Virus record (IMG/VR): IMGVR_UViG_3300005573_001035
Coordinates: 32,001-96,000 of that record
Strand: one strand, 5' to 3'
Length of the DNA: 64,000 nt
From: a virus
Position numbers and translations under genes: made by a program. The notes under the pieces were generated by a model. It was given only the letters and a program-made list of their open reading frames with translations, made no database searches and was not told the origin of the DNA. Below, piece by piece: positions 28,943 through 39,060 of this stretch (within the stretch, counting starts at the first letter, position 1; every line of letters starts with the position of its first letter).

Positions 28943-31518
28943 GGTTTGAAAGTCCTGACTAGTTTCTTTTCTATGAATTTAGCTAAATTCTTAGTTACAA
29001 ATTCTGGATAACTAGAATCAATTTCAACAAATTGAAATGCTATATCTTTTCTACCAAACACATCTTGGCCTTTTTCTAAGCAAGATAAAATATAGTTCGG
29101 ATCTTTGAACTGAGGTGAGTTGTATTCTTGATGTGCATAGCTTTCAATTTTTGAAACTATATGATTGACATCTCCCAAAAAACTAAAGTGCCACCCTCCA
29201 TTCGGAATTATGTTCTCGCTCTCAGTATATCGAATTTGCTCAGGAGTCATATCTTTTGCTTTTGAGTAAGGTAAAATCTTAAACCACCGCCAAGTCCCGA
29301 GTTCTTTACAGTTAAGAAAATAGTAATAGAGACTTTGTTCAAGAGTTGAGAAACCATCTTTTAGTCGGTAGTTTCTTAAGACGGAAGCTCTGGGTATTTC
29401 ATCAACATCTGAGACACAAACCAAATCTCCATCTGAACAATTTTTCCAGCCTCTTGAAATGCAACTTCTCTGATATCTCTCTCTAACCCAAGGATCTGGT
29501 CCCGAGGGCATATCATCAACGACAATATGAATAACTTTATCTAGAAACTTTTCAAATCTTTTCTTATTGGTTTCAAAGTACAGAGGTTTATCTTTGTCAG
29601 AAAAGGTTCTAGTTGCTTCCACAAGAACAAAGTAATCAACCACATCATATAACTCGTTAAAACGAATCTCTAACACATCCAACTCATTATAGAAAATAAA
29701 TCCATCATATAAGAACGGTTTCCTACTCAACCAAATATTGCCATTTACCAAGACATGAAAACCCAGTTCTTCAAGAACCGCATTTCTAACAGAATCAGAA
29801 AGAAAATCATGCCCAGCTAATCCCCCGCCCCCCTTAACTTTTGGATACCAGTAAAGAATCGTTCTTTTAACTTCCTTCGTAGAATGCCCAGTATCAATGA
29901 AAACGAAGTCAAAGAACTTATCTCGAAAAACCTTACTTGCATCTATGGAATCCATTTGCATTAGGGTTACATAGGAGGATAAACCAAACTTAGCAATGTT
30001 ACTTACAAATTCCTTGTAAACAGAATCAAACATTTCTTTCGTCCAGCCCTGAAAGAAAGGCTCTCCTTCGCTTCCAGCAAAAGTATCGATAGCATAAACT
30101 TTTAGATTCTTATTTTTGATTACATCCGCAACTGAGCACAAAGATCTTCCTTTCCAAACTCCCAGCTCAGCAATAATGGCATTTTGGGGTAACATAGAAA
30201 GGGCTATTCGATACGCATTTATATCCTCTCTAGGAAACCATCCATCTGGAAACTCATCGTTACATTTATCAGAGATGATTTCTCCATCAGATGGTTCAAT
30301 TTGAGAAAAATCTTTAGCTTTTTTGCACTCAATTCTAAAGTTTCGACCCCAGTGGTGGACATATACTGGGTCTTTTCTTTGAAATGAATCAAATCCAGCC
30401 CCATAAAGATGGTCAATTAGTATCTCATCATACCATCCAAACTTATGAGGAGTCTGGGGTAGAGTTGTCCCATATATGCAATTCAATAGAATGTATCTTT
30501 CTTGTTTCGAAACATAGGGAAATGCTTGACAAATTTGTAATATATCAGGCATTTCAATAAAGAGCTTTCCCCCTGGTTTCAAAACTCGGTTCCACTCCTT
30601 AAACATTGCCATGACTTCTCTTGGATCAAAATGCTCAACTAAATGAGAAGCATGAATCTCATCAATGCTTGACGAATCAAAAGGTAAAGATCTTGCATCT
30701 GCCTTAACATCCGCAAACTCACTATCAATATCAACGTTTATACAGTTGGGCATAATCCAGTTACCACAACCTAGATTTAACCTTTTTCTGGTGGTAAGAT
30801 TTCGGTGTTTTTGAAGAAGTAAGGATTCATTCCTAGTCATAATCTTAGAGACATCTTCCGGAATCCATCTTGAGAAAGTTCTGTTTCCTTTATGGTAAAT
30901 TGGAAATTCTCCAAACATATGAGTTGGAGTGTATTTGGGGGATTGTTTCTCAGGAACCTGCACAATTTTGTAACCTAAATCGTATACTCGAATACAAAAA
31001 TCTACATCTTCACAAAAACCAGGAGAAAAATCCTCATCAAGCCCACCCAAAGCCAGAAATAAAGACTTGTATGTCATAACACAGAAGAACATAGCATAAT
31101 CTACACCTAGAACTTTGTGCTTAGCAACCATGGGACCAGAAATTCCAGTTCGATAATCTTTCTTAAAAGGTTCTTCTAGAATTCGAATCCAGGTACTAGA
31201 AGATCCAGAATCTAGAATTACAACATCATCATTAAGTATAATAATCTTATCTCCATTTGCCTTAGAAACTCCTGTGTTTACGGCTTTGGGAAAACCCACT
31301 GGTTCTCGAATCCAGTACAAACGAAACTCTTTTCCATAACTCCTTACATGGTCGTGAGTTGTGTCTGTGCACCCATTGGCAACAACTATAATCTCAGTAT
31401 CTTCAGATGAGAAATCGGTATTTTTCTCAATTGATTTTAAACATTCTTTTAAGTTTTCCACATTATTATACGTAGGAATGATTATAGAATACTTAATTTT
31501 AGGATTCGGTTGGTTCAT
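28939..31518 (-). CDS. Multidomain protein: GT2-methyltransferase-Methyltransf_24-GT17
   Basis: SIIIPTYN/LNDD; LNLGCG..HLVEH; ELGVWKGRS..FIDTGH..GHDF; FIFYNELDVLEIR..SDVDEIP..GGWHFSFLG. Confidence 0.88.
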   Translation of the reverse strand: MNQPNPKIKYSIIIPTYNNVENLKECLKSIEKNTDFSSEDTEIIVVANGCTDTTHDHVRSYGKEFRLYWIREPVGFPKAVNTGVSKANGDKIIILNDDVVILDSGSSSTWIRILEEPFKKDYRTGISGPMVAKHKVLGVDYAMFFCVMTYKSLFLALGGLDEDFSPGFCEDVDFCIRVYDLGYKIVQVPEKQSPKYTPTHMFGEFPIYHKGNRTFSRWIPEDVSKIMTRNESLLLQKHRNLTTRKRLNLGCGNWIMPNCINVDIDSEFADVKADARSLPFDSSSIDEIHASHLVEHFDPREVMAMFKEWNRVLKPGGKLFIEMPDILQICQAFPYVSKQERYILLNCIYGTTLPQTPHKFGWYDEILIDHLYGAGFDSFQRKDPVYVHHWGRNFRIECKKAKDFSQIEPSDGEIISDKCNDEFPDGWFPREDINAYRIALSMLPQNAIIAELGVWKGRSLCSVADVIKNKNLKVYAIDTFAGSEGEPFFQGWTKEMFDSVYKEFVSNIAKFGLSSYVTLMQMDSIDASKVFRDKFFDFVFIDTGHSTKEVKRTILYWYPKVKGGGGLAGHDFLSDSVRNAVLEELGFHVLVNGNIWLSRKPFLYDGFIFYNELDVLEIRFNELYDVVDYFVLVEATRTFSDKDKPLYFETNKKRFEKFLDKVIHIVVDDMPSGPDPWVRERYQRSCISRGWKNCSDGDLVCVSDVDEIPRASVLRNYRLKDGFSTLEQSLYYYFLNCKELGTWRWFKILPYSKAKDMTPEQIRYTESENIIPNGGWHFSFLGDVNHIVSKIESYAHQEYNSPQFKDPNYILSCLEKGQDVFGRKDIAFQFVEIDSSYPEFVTKNLAKFIEKKLVRTFKP

Positions 31519-31540
31519 TTTTGTAAGGCACCCCCTCTTC

Positions 31541-32185
31541 TCAAAGACTTAGCTTTCTACAAACATGAGTATCTTCAAAAATCAAGACCAATTGGAGAGC
31601 TAAGTCTGGATCTGGTTGTGAATCTAAATCAATGGGCTCTGATGTCCAAACATCAAACTGAAATTTTCTTGCTTTCCCCAAGTACAAGTTTAAATTCTGA
31701 GGGTGACCAAATAAGGACGGTTTGGATTTTGTAAAGATTACCACTCCTGGTTTTCCTACTTCGTTGGCAAGATGTTGAAAAAAGTTATCGACACTAATCC
31801 AATAATGGCACTTAGCAATGTAGGACTTAAGTTCAGAAAGCGAAAGGTCATAATATATATTATCAATCAAGTCCGGACATAGAATTGGTTCTCCACTTAG
31901 AGAAAACTGGATAAATTTTCTTTTTCTTCCCCCACTTTCTTTTAGTTTCTCCAAGAATGGAATCCAATATAAATAGTTTTTTGCACATGTAAGGACATAT
32001 GGGGGACTACTATTTAGTAAGAAATCATTTCGTTGGGTTATTAGTTTATAATCTGGTTTGATTATGCTTCGACTATAAGGACTAATTAGAACTGTGATGT
32101 AATCTCCATCCTTTTCCAGCATTGGCAAAGTCTCCATTATTGATTCGTTCAGTTCTATCTTCTTCCTTCTTGCATAAAGATTCAT
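31541..32185 (-). CDS. GT9-like C-terminal half (second copy)
   Basis: VLISP..AKNY..W and WISVDNFFQHLA..KPGVVIF; paralog of 25032-25568. The true start may be an internal Met. Confidence 0.72.
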   Translation of the reverse strand: MNLYARRKKIELNESIMETLPMLEKDGDYITVLISPYSRSIIKPDYKLITQRNDFLLNSSPPYVLTCAKNYLYWIPFLEKLKESGGRKRKFIQFSLSGEPILCPDLIDNIYYDLSLSELKSYIAKCHYWISVDNFFQHLANEVGKPGVVIFTKSKPSLFGHPQNLNLYLGKARKFQFDVWTSEPIDLDSQPDPDLALQLVLIFEDTHVCRKLSL

Positions 32186-33911
32186 TGCTGGTGGTGGCAG
32201 TGGAAGGTATCATACTAGTATTCGAAAAATTAGAAGGTACTTGTTGTGGTTGAGAGCAGTACATAGCCCTAAAAGAATCAGAAAAAGGTCTATCATGAGG
32301 CCAGTTTACAGACCAACAAAACGCATATGGATTATCTCCACTAGGATACATTCTAGATAGTTCCTTTGAAGAAACGAAAAATATATCTCGACCCAAGTAC
32401 TGACCACAAGTTAGATCATTTTCATTAGTGAGCAGATCAGAGAAAACTTCTGGGAATGTTGGAGAGATAATTATTGTTCTGTCTGGATTGGCCGCAAGGA
32501 TATCTCCCAACGCACTCTTGAAAAGAATGTTGTCTCCTACCCCTCCAGTAGCCAGGCAGATTCTAGGAGGAAGAATCTTCACGCCAAATCTCTCATCAAT
32601 GATGGAAAGAAGAGTTACCATTTGCTCTTGTAACTGGTCATTAGAAATACCTCGCATTCCTCCCATCGGATACGCGAAGTTAGTTACCCTCGCCCGAGTA
32701 TCCACATGTAAAGATAATCCAGATAGAAACAAAGAATTCGTAAATAGAACATGAAACCACGTTAAGAAATCTGGAGAAAATCTTGAATCGTAACAAGAAA
32801 ACTCTTTTACATAACCTATGTCAGGTTTCCTACATACGTATGAACTCACCAAGTACTCATTCCCAGTTAAAAGATAAGGATTAGGAATAAAGCGCTCACC
32901 AAATTGCACACTAGGAAAGATAGAAAAAGTCTTAAGAATGTTTCTAGAAATAAACTCATAGATCAATCCATCACGAGGAAGAAGAATACTTGGAGAAACT
33001 GCACCCAAAGAAGAGTCTTCTTGAAAGTGCTCTAATAAGAAAGCCAAAGCATCCGGGGCCACGATATGATCATCAGATAAGAACCAACATAAATCTTCCA
33101 CCAAATCCAAAGCTTGGATAATAGAATCAAATTTACTTCCGCCTTTCTTTAATGGATGACCCACTAGAATTTCACATCCTTTTGAAGAAGCAAGGGAGAA
33201 GATGCCACTAAAATCAGCAATAGAAGGCAAATCTAAAGGTGACTCACTAGAGTCGATTATCACAATTCTATTAGGTACCCTCAGTTGGTTCACAAGGGAA
33301 ATCAGAACCATGCTTAAGCAGGAGTATCGATCTTTTGTAGGAATAATACATGTGACATGCTCTCGGTTCTCTTCTAGTTGAGGCATTAGAGATTCCTCTT
33401 TCTTCAAGCGTAGGTACTCAATGCAAATAACTTGTTGTAAATCATTCGTTTCTTCCCATGGAAAATCTCGAATATTGCCTTTCGAGTTAATAAATGTTTT
33501 CTTCGCTCTGATTCCAGGTAAGGGTATAGCAATAGGTTCTTTGATATCTGAACTAAATGGAGCTACAAAAAAGAACTTGTAGAATCCAAATTCAGTTTCT
33601 AATCTCAGGTAGCTTTTTGCTATGGTGGCAACCTCGTCAATGCTACTACATAGAAACAAAGCAATCTTCTTCTTGCCCGCACCATTACCTTTAGTAGGAA
33701 TTAGTAATCTGGAAACCTTTACAATTCTCGAACTCAAGAAATCTCCCACGCTTAGCTGAGAAAACTTCTTAGCTACCCCCAACAGAAACTCACTACAAAA
33801 ATCTGGGACGATAATTTCTAGTAAGAATTCTGGATTCTTGGCCAATGATTTTGTTAGAAGAATTCTAGAATAAACTGCTTGGATCTGAGAGTTCGTTATA
33901 CTTTCTGGCAT
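32082..33911 (-). CDS. GT-A-like protein with a C-terminal GT9 N-half
   Basis: HVTCIIPTKDRY..LSDD parallels the third GT domain of 25565-28942; ends with ATGGVGDNILF. Confidence 0.75.
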   Translation of the reverse strand: MPESITNSQIQAVYSRILLTKSLAKNPEFLLEIIVPDFCSEFLLGVAKKFSQLSVGDFLSSRIVKVSRLLIPTKGNGAGKKKIALFLCSSIDEVATIAKSYLRLETEFGFYKFFFVAPFSSDIKEPIAIPLPGIRAKKTFINSKGNIRDFPWEETNDLQQVICIEYLRLKKEESLMPQLEENREHVTCIIPTKDRYSCLSMVLISLVNQLRVPNRIVIIDSSESPLDLPSIADFSGIFSLASSKGCEILVGHPLKKGGSKFDSIIQALDLVEDLCWFLSDDHIVAPDALAFLLEHFQEDSSLGAVSPSILLPRDGLIYEFISRNILKTFSIFPSVQFGERFIPNPYLLTGNEYLVSSYVCRKPDIGYVKEFSCYDSRFSPDFLTWFHVLFTNSLFLSGLSLHVDTRARVTNFAYPMGGMRGISNDQLQEQMVTLLSIIDERFGVKILPPRICLATGGVGDNILFKSALGDILAANPDRTIIISPTFPEVFSDLLTNENDLTCGQYLGRDIFFVSSKELSRMYPSGDNPYAFCWSVNWPHDRPFSDSFRAMYCSQPQQVPSNFSNTSMIPSTATTSNESLCKKEEDRTERINNGDFANAGKGWRLHHSSN

Positions 33912-33964
33912 ATTTCTTCTCTCTCTCGTTTTCTACATACTCGTATAAAAAAGAGCATAGAGAT

Positions 33965-35992
33965 TTAAACCGTGGTTTGAGCCAAGACTGTTTCAGAAGA
34001 ATTCTCAAACCTAGCACAAAGATAAAGGGTTTTAGGGGAAGTTCCAGATACTTTCAAAAATAAAGCAACATTATTTGAACTGGGATTACTTGGATCAGAA
34101 TCCACTTTATTTAGAATGATTTCTCCTGCCTTTCCAATCCACATTCTATCCACTAAGGTTTGTTCGTTGCTTCCTGCTGCCCCAACTTGACTTGTAGCTA
34201 AAATGACTCGTCCGGGGGTTCCAGATCCAGTTGCCGCTCCACCTGCAACTCTAAAATCTGCTCCTCCGATATTTGTTCCACTTCCCTTAGTTGCAGACAA
34301 TGTAAAATTCCATGGACTAGAACTTAACACACCATTTCCCAAGAACCCACTATAACAGGGACCTATAACCAGTTGGTAACTAGCAGTTGGCCTAATGCCC
34401 TGGTTTCCAATAGCTACGACACCAGACAAAGCATCCGTAGTTGGTCCACAATCATAACCTATGCATACCGAATCTATAAGATTTATAACTCTGGAACCTG
34501 CAAGTCCACCAACAAGAACAGATCTTGTTAAGTTGCTACCACTAAATCCTGTCCTATAACCTAGAAATGTCCCGTAATCAGCATAGTTGGCTGAGGTTAT
34601 GCTCGACTCACCTATTGCGCAGATATTAGAAGAGGTTAACCCTCTTCCAGCCATGTATCCAATAATGACGCTGGAGTTAGTACTGCATGTTTCTCCAGCA
34701 AATGCCCCAACAAACACATTCCCAGAAAGATTCCCTATAGGGCCCCTAGCTGCATAGTAACCTAGAACGCAATTATAACTAAACGTTCGAATGTCTGACT
34801 GGCTCATAGCAAGATATCCAACCACTGAGTTGCCTACATAATAGCAGCCAGATGCATTACAAGCACTAATCCCAATAATAACTTGGCCTCCGGTTCCTGA
34901 CGTATACGCTACTGAATTATAACCCATTACAATACTAGAACTGTAGCCACTTGAATTATATCCAACCCAGTGACCAATGAAAATCCCACCACCTGCTCCA
35001 TTAGCTCTCCCAGCATTATTACCAATCGCTACTGCGTTAGAAAATCCACTTGCACCATAACCTGCATAGTTACCAATCATAACGGAAGTATTGCCCCCAG
35101 AACAATAAGCCGCAGAATACTGGCCAATAGCAACACTTCCGCTTATATTACTGTAATAACTGTAACCAGCGTAATAACCTATACAAACCGAACCTTTCGA
35201 ATTTGTAAAATCTATTCCGCCAAAATGACAGTACTGACCAATTGAAACCGAATAAGCAGGGCCACTAATACCTGTTCCAATAGAAATCGTGTATGGACCA
35301 ACTGAATTTACAGTTCCACTAAGAGCTATGGCTAAGCTTCCGTACTGACCAGTGGTTGCTGCAGTACCAATGGCAATCGTAGCGGCGCTGCCAGAGAAAA
35401 GGTTGCCATGACCCGACCTAACAATTTGACCGGAATACAAATCAAGATATCGAACAGATACCGCGTTAGTGGCAAGATAAAGTGGAGACTGGTTCCCTGG
35501 TCCATCTGTCACAACTTGCCAGGTTGTAGATAATGTACTAGCTGTCTTTAGATTATACGTTCCTGTCCCGCTCCACCCCGAGTACCCCGAAAACCCTGAG
35601 TATCCTGAATAGCCACTCGAGCCGGGGTTATCTCCCGAATACCCACTATAACCTGAGTAACCACTAGTGCCTGGGTTATCTCCCGAGAATCCAGAATAGC
35701 CACTAAAACCAGAATACCCCGAATAGCCACTCGATCCAGAATACCCGCTAAAACCAGAATACCCCGAATAGCCACTTTCGCCCTTAGGGCCAATGTCTCC
35801 CGAATACCCGCTATAGCCTGAATAACCACTAGTGCCAGGGTTATCTCCTGAGTACCCACTAAAACCAGACACTCCGCTCCATCCGGAGTAACCACTAAAA
35901 CCAGACAAACCACTCCTACCTGAGTAGCCTGAGAAACCAGAAAGCCCCTCAAAACGAGTCTTAGAGTAACCACTTACAGAAATGATTTTCAT
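33965..35992 (-). CDS. Fibre/adhesin-like protein: short G-(F/Y)-S repeat plus YadA-head-like beta-roll repeats
   Basis: About 135 aa of SGYSGF triplets, then many SVxIGxxAG repeats of 14-16 aa. Confidence 0.75.
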   Translation of the reverse strand: MKIISVSGYSKTRFEGLSGFSGYSGRSGLSGFSGYSGWSGVSGFSGYSGDNPGTSGYSGYSGYSGDIGPKGESGYSGYSGFSGYSGSSGYSGYSGFSGYSGFSGDNPGTSGYSGYSGYSGDNPGSSGYSGYSGFSGYSGWSGTGTYNLKTASTLSTTWQVVTDGPGNQSPLYLATNAVSVRYLDLYSGQIVRSGHGNLFSGSAATIAIGTAATTGQYGSLAIALSGTVNSVGPYTISIGTGISGPAYSVSIGQYCHFGGIDFTNSKGSVCIGYYAGYSYYSNISGSVAIGQYSAAYCSGGNTSVMIGNYAGYGASGFSNAVAIGNNAGRANGAGGGIFIGHWVGYNSSGYSSSIVMGYNSVAYTSGTGGQVIIGISACNASGCYYVGNSVVGYLAMSQSDIRTFSYNCVLGYYAARGPIGNLSGNVFVGAFAGETCSTNSSVIIGYMAGRGLTSSNICAIGESSITSANYADYGTFLGYRTGFSGSNLTRSVLVGGLAGSRVINLIDSVCIGYDCGPTTDALSGVVAIGNQGIRPTASYQLVIGPCYSGFLGNGVLSSSPWNFTLSATKGSGTNIGGADFRVAGGAATGSGTPGRVILATSQVGAAGSNEQTLVDRMWIGKAGEIILNKVDSDPSNPSSNNVALFLKVSGTSPKTLYLCARFENSSETVLAQTTV

Positions 35993-36067
35993 TCTCTTGG
36001 CTCCAAGAATCCAAGTTTACTCGAAAAAGACTAGAATAATCTTCCAAAGATTCATTCTTTTTTCCCT

Positions 36068-37615
36068 CTACTCTGAGCAACCAGCATAGTTCGATTGCCT
36101 TATCAAACCATCAACCTTAGATCTAACATTTATCCTGCTTCCCAGCCCATCGCAAGAAGCAATACTAGAATGAAACAACAACCACTTATTTCCAAATGTC
36201 ACACACCCACCAAAACAAGACGAGAATACAAGTTTCGATGGAGGATAAGCATGGACATATACAGTCCCACTTCTTGAATCTACAAGAAACCAAGAATATG
36301 TAGCTCCAGATGCAAAAAGTTGAGGAATCTGTGTAGTAGAATCTCTAACTGAACGAGATGAGATACTCGCATTTCTATAGAGCGGAACAGAAAATATTAG
36401 AATACCACTAATATACCAATCAACGTAAGCTCCAAAACCACTCAGATTTCCTGGGTAGCCATCCCAGAAAGCAAATGGCGCGCCACTAGAATAAACGCTA
36501 TTTAACCACGATGTAAGAGGATCAGCACTAACCTGTACTGCCCAATGGCTACCATAAAGATACAAGCCTCTGCTGTAATAATTGTACAAACCTATGCCTC
36601 CAGAAATGGAAGTCCAACTAGATCCATCATAGCATGTTATAGGAACGTATCCGCTCCCACTTATAATTGAGGTCGCCATCAGATAATCATTTACAACATT
36701 AAGTCGGTTAAAAATAGCGCTAGAGTCACCAACTCCCGCCATAGATTTAGAAACAAAAGAAAAAGAAGTACCATCAAAAACCACAATTTTCGAAGACGTA
36801 TTATCCGATGCCGTTACCATGTTATGGGTTGCCATATAGAGCTTATCTTTATAGACTCGCATAGAACGAAAGTACAGGTCGTCACTACTCAGACCAATAT
36901 CAGAATGCGTATAGATCCTGGAAACCTCATTCGTATCAGGAGAAAAAACTACTAGTTTAGACTTTCTCGAATTGTTGCATTGAACTGAGCAGTACAATTC
37001 GTCTCTATAAACCTCCATCGCCCATATACCCGTGTAGAACTCACCTTGGACCAAATCAGAAGAAGGCATTGAGAGAGAAGACCAGGAATCTTGTCTATAA
37101 TCATAGACAAGAATCTTCGAGTAATCATCATATTCAGTGCTAGGCATCGCAGGTTGAGTAACACCAGTTCTAGGATAACTAGCACTAAATCCCATTGATA
37201 TGTAGACCCTTTCTCCCCAAGCAACTACGCAGGTAAAAGTTGAAGCAAACCCAGTCTTAGCACTAGGAATATTTTCTAGAGTCCCAGTAAGTCCAGGCAG
37301 AGTTCGAAAAAAGCCAGGATAGAGAGTATTCCTGGGTCCTCCACAAGTAGAGCATACAAGATCCATTAAAGAATAAACTTTCCCGCTTTTTGAACCCGAA
37401 GTAAAAGAAAAGTATACGTTTCTTGATTCCTCTAGAACTAAGGCACTAGATACATTTGGTAACAAACCACTAAGCGGAACTGGACTGGTCCCACTAGAAA
37501 AATATACACTCCCCGATTGAAAAGAAAGAACAGGAGTTCCAGATACATAGCTTAAACTTAGAACAGAATTATTCTCAATTGTTTTTTGTCTTCCAAACTT
37601 ATCTATTACTAGCAT
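36068..37615 (-). CDS. Beta-propeller-like virion protein
   Basis: Repeats xxYxDxLY...KIxVxDGxxF; paralog of the two upstream genes. Confidence 0.6.
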   Translation of the reverse strand: MLVIDKFGRQKTIENNSVLSLSYVSGTPVLSFQSGSVYFSSGTSPVPLSGLLPNVSSALVLEESRNVYFSFTSGSKSGKVYSLMDLVCSTCGGPRNTLYPGFFRTLPGLTGTLENIPSAKTGFASTFTCVVAWGERVYISMGFSASYPRTGVTQPAMPSTEYDDYSKILVYDYRQDSWSSLSMPSSDLVQGEFYTGIWAMEVYRDELYCSVQCNNSRKSKLVVFSPDTNEVSRIYTHSDIGLSSDDLYFRSMRVYKDKLYMATHNMVTASDNTSSKIVVFDGTSFSFVSKSMAGVGDSSAIFNRLNVVNDYLMATSIISGSGYVPITCYDGSSWTSISGGIGLYNYYSRGLYLYGSHWAVQVSADPLTSWLNSVYSSGAPFAFWDGYPGNLSGFGAYVDWYISGILIFSVPLYRNASISSRSVRDSTTQIPQLFASGATYSWFLVDSRSGTVYVHAYPPSKLVFSSCFGGCVTFGNKWLLFHSSIASCDGLGSRINVRSKVDGLIRQSNYAGCSE

Positions 37616-37641
37616 GTTCTTTTCTCGCCTGAACCAAGTTT

Positions 37642-39030
37642 TTACCAGTTCGTTCCCTTACATATAACTTTCGGTCCTAGATTATACATATCGCTAGAGA
37701 CCCAAGCATTGTAAGTAAATATATACAATGACCCATTAAAGACTTTCATGGAATGAATTGATTCACCACTGTTATAACGAATAAACCATTGATAGTTTGG
37801 CATGGTTGAACCAAGATTAGCTTGAAACGGACGACAATCTATTTGAGTATAACATGCAAAACCGACTCCTGTGGTCTGCTTCTGTCCCCCAGCACACAAA
37901 GCCCCATTAAAGTAAGCAAGTGACCAGATATAAACTGGAGGAGTTGATGAACCCCGAGTTATCTCCCTCCACTTAGTGCCATCATAGACAAGAATCTTAG
38001 TACCTTGGTAATCGTAGAGAGAGGTATTCGTACTATACACGCTAATATATAGATAGCTTCCAGTACTCAAAAAAGCCGGAAACAAGGTATGCCCAGCTAC
38101 GCAGTTTATCTGAGATTTTAGTATCGTAGACCAGGTAGTTCCATCATAAACTAGAAGCTTAGCACCATTGATATCGGTAGCAGCAGTTGTATTATAAGTT
38201 CCCATGTAAGCTTTTCCATTGAACTCAGCTAACCCGTTAAAAGAAGTATCCGCATTAACACACCCTAGATTAGATTTTGGGATAAGAACAAAACTGGTCC
38301 CATCAAAAAGTATAATCTTGGCCGCCGTTAGATCGGTAGCAGCAGTCGAATTGCTAGTTGCTAAGAAAAGTTTATTTTGGTAGATTCCCAGGGGCATAAT
38401 TCTGGTATCATTTGCGTTTAGTCCAATGTCACTTTTCGTATAGACTTGGAAATTAGTCCCATCGAACGCTATAAGGCAAGTGGCAGTCCTATCAGTATTA
38501 GTGCTAGAATTTTGCATCTCAAAGTACAATCGGTTCTTATAAACACAAAATTGCCTACTACCACTATGATCTGCAGAAGGTAATCCCATAGCCTGCTTAG
38601 TGTAAGTTGAAAAGGAGGTTCCATCGTATACAAATAACTTAGCCCCGCTAGAGGTATTAGAAACCGTTGAATTTAGACTTGCAAAATAGAGCTTACCTTG
38701 AAATACCTCAGCCCCAGCAAACCCAGTATCATTGGCGTGGGCACCCATTATGGCTTTCGTAAACAACCGGTACGAATCTCCTTTAGGATAGATTAGATCA
38801 ATTAAGTCACTAATTTTGAATGATACTCGGTTGTTTTGAATTCGAATATCTCCATCAATAATATAAGAACTATCTGGATCATAGTTCTTTGTAGAAACTA
38901 GCTTCTTGTTTAAGTCCATATCTCCTAGTACTATGTAATGTTTAGTTCTGGCAGATGAGTCACTATCAAGAAACCAATATAGGTCATTGCTTGTTACTTT
39001 CTTTTCACCTTTATTTGTAATGACTTTCAT
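37642..39030 (-). CDS. Beta-propeller-like virion protein
   Basis: About 55-aa repeats (FxGKLYF...AKLxVYDGTxF..KxxxG). Confidence 0.65.
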   Translation of the reverse strand: MKVITNKGEKKVTSNDLYWFLDSDSSARTKHYIVLGDMDLNKKLVSTKNYDPDSSYIIDGDIRIQNNRVSFKISDLIDLIYPKGDSYRLFTKAIMGAHANDTGFAGAEVFQGKLYFASLNSTVSNTSSGAKLFVYDGTSFSTYTKQAMGLPSADHSGSRQFCVYKNRLYFEMQNSSTNTDRTATCLIAFDGTNFQVYTKSDIGLNANDTRIMPLGIYQNKLFLATSNSTAATDLTAAKIILFDGTSFVLIPKSNLGCVNADTSFNGLAEFNGKAYMGTYNTTAATDINGAKLLVYDGTTWSTILKSQINCVAGHTLFPAFLSTGSYLYISVYSTNTSLYDYQGTKILVYDGTKWREITRGSSTPPVYIWSLAYFNGALCAGGQKQTTGVGFACYTQIDCRPFQANLGSTMPNYQWFIRYNSGESIHSMKVFNGSLYIFTYNAWVSSDMYNLGPKVICKGTNW

Positions 39031-39060
39031 AAATCTCCTATACTCCTCCTCTCCCTCTTC

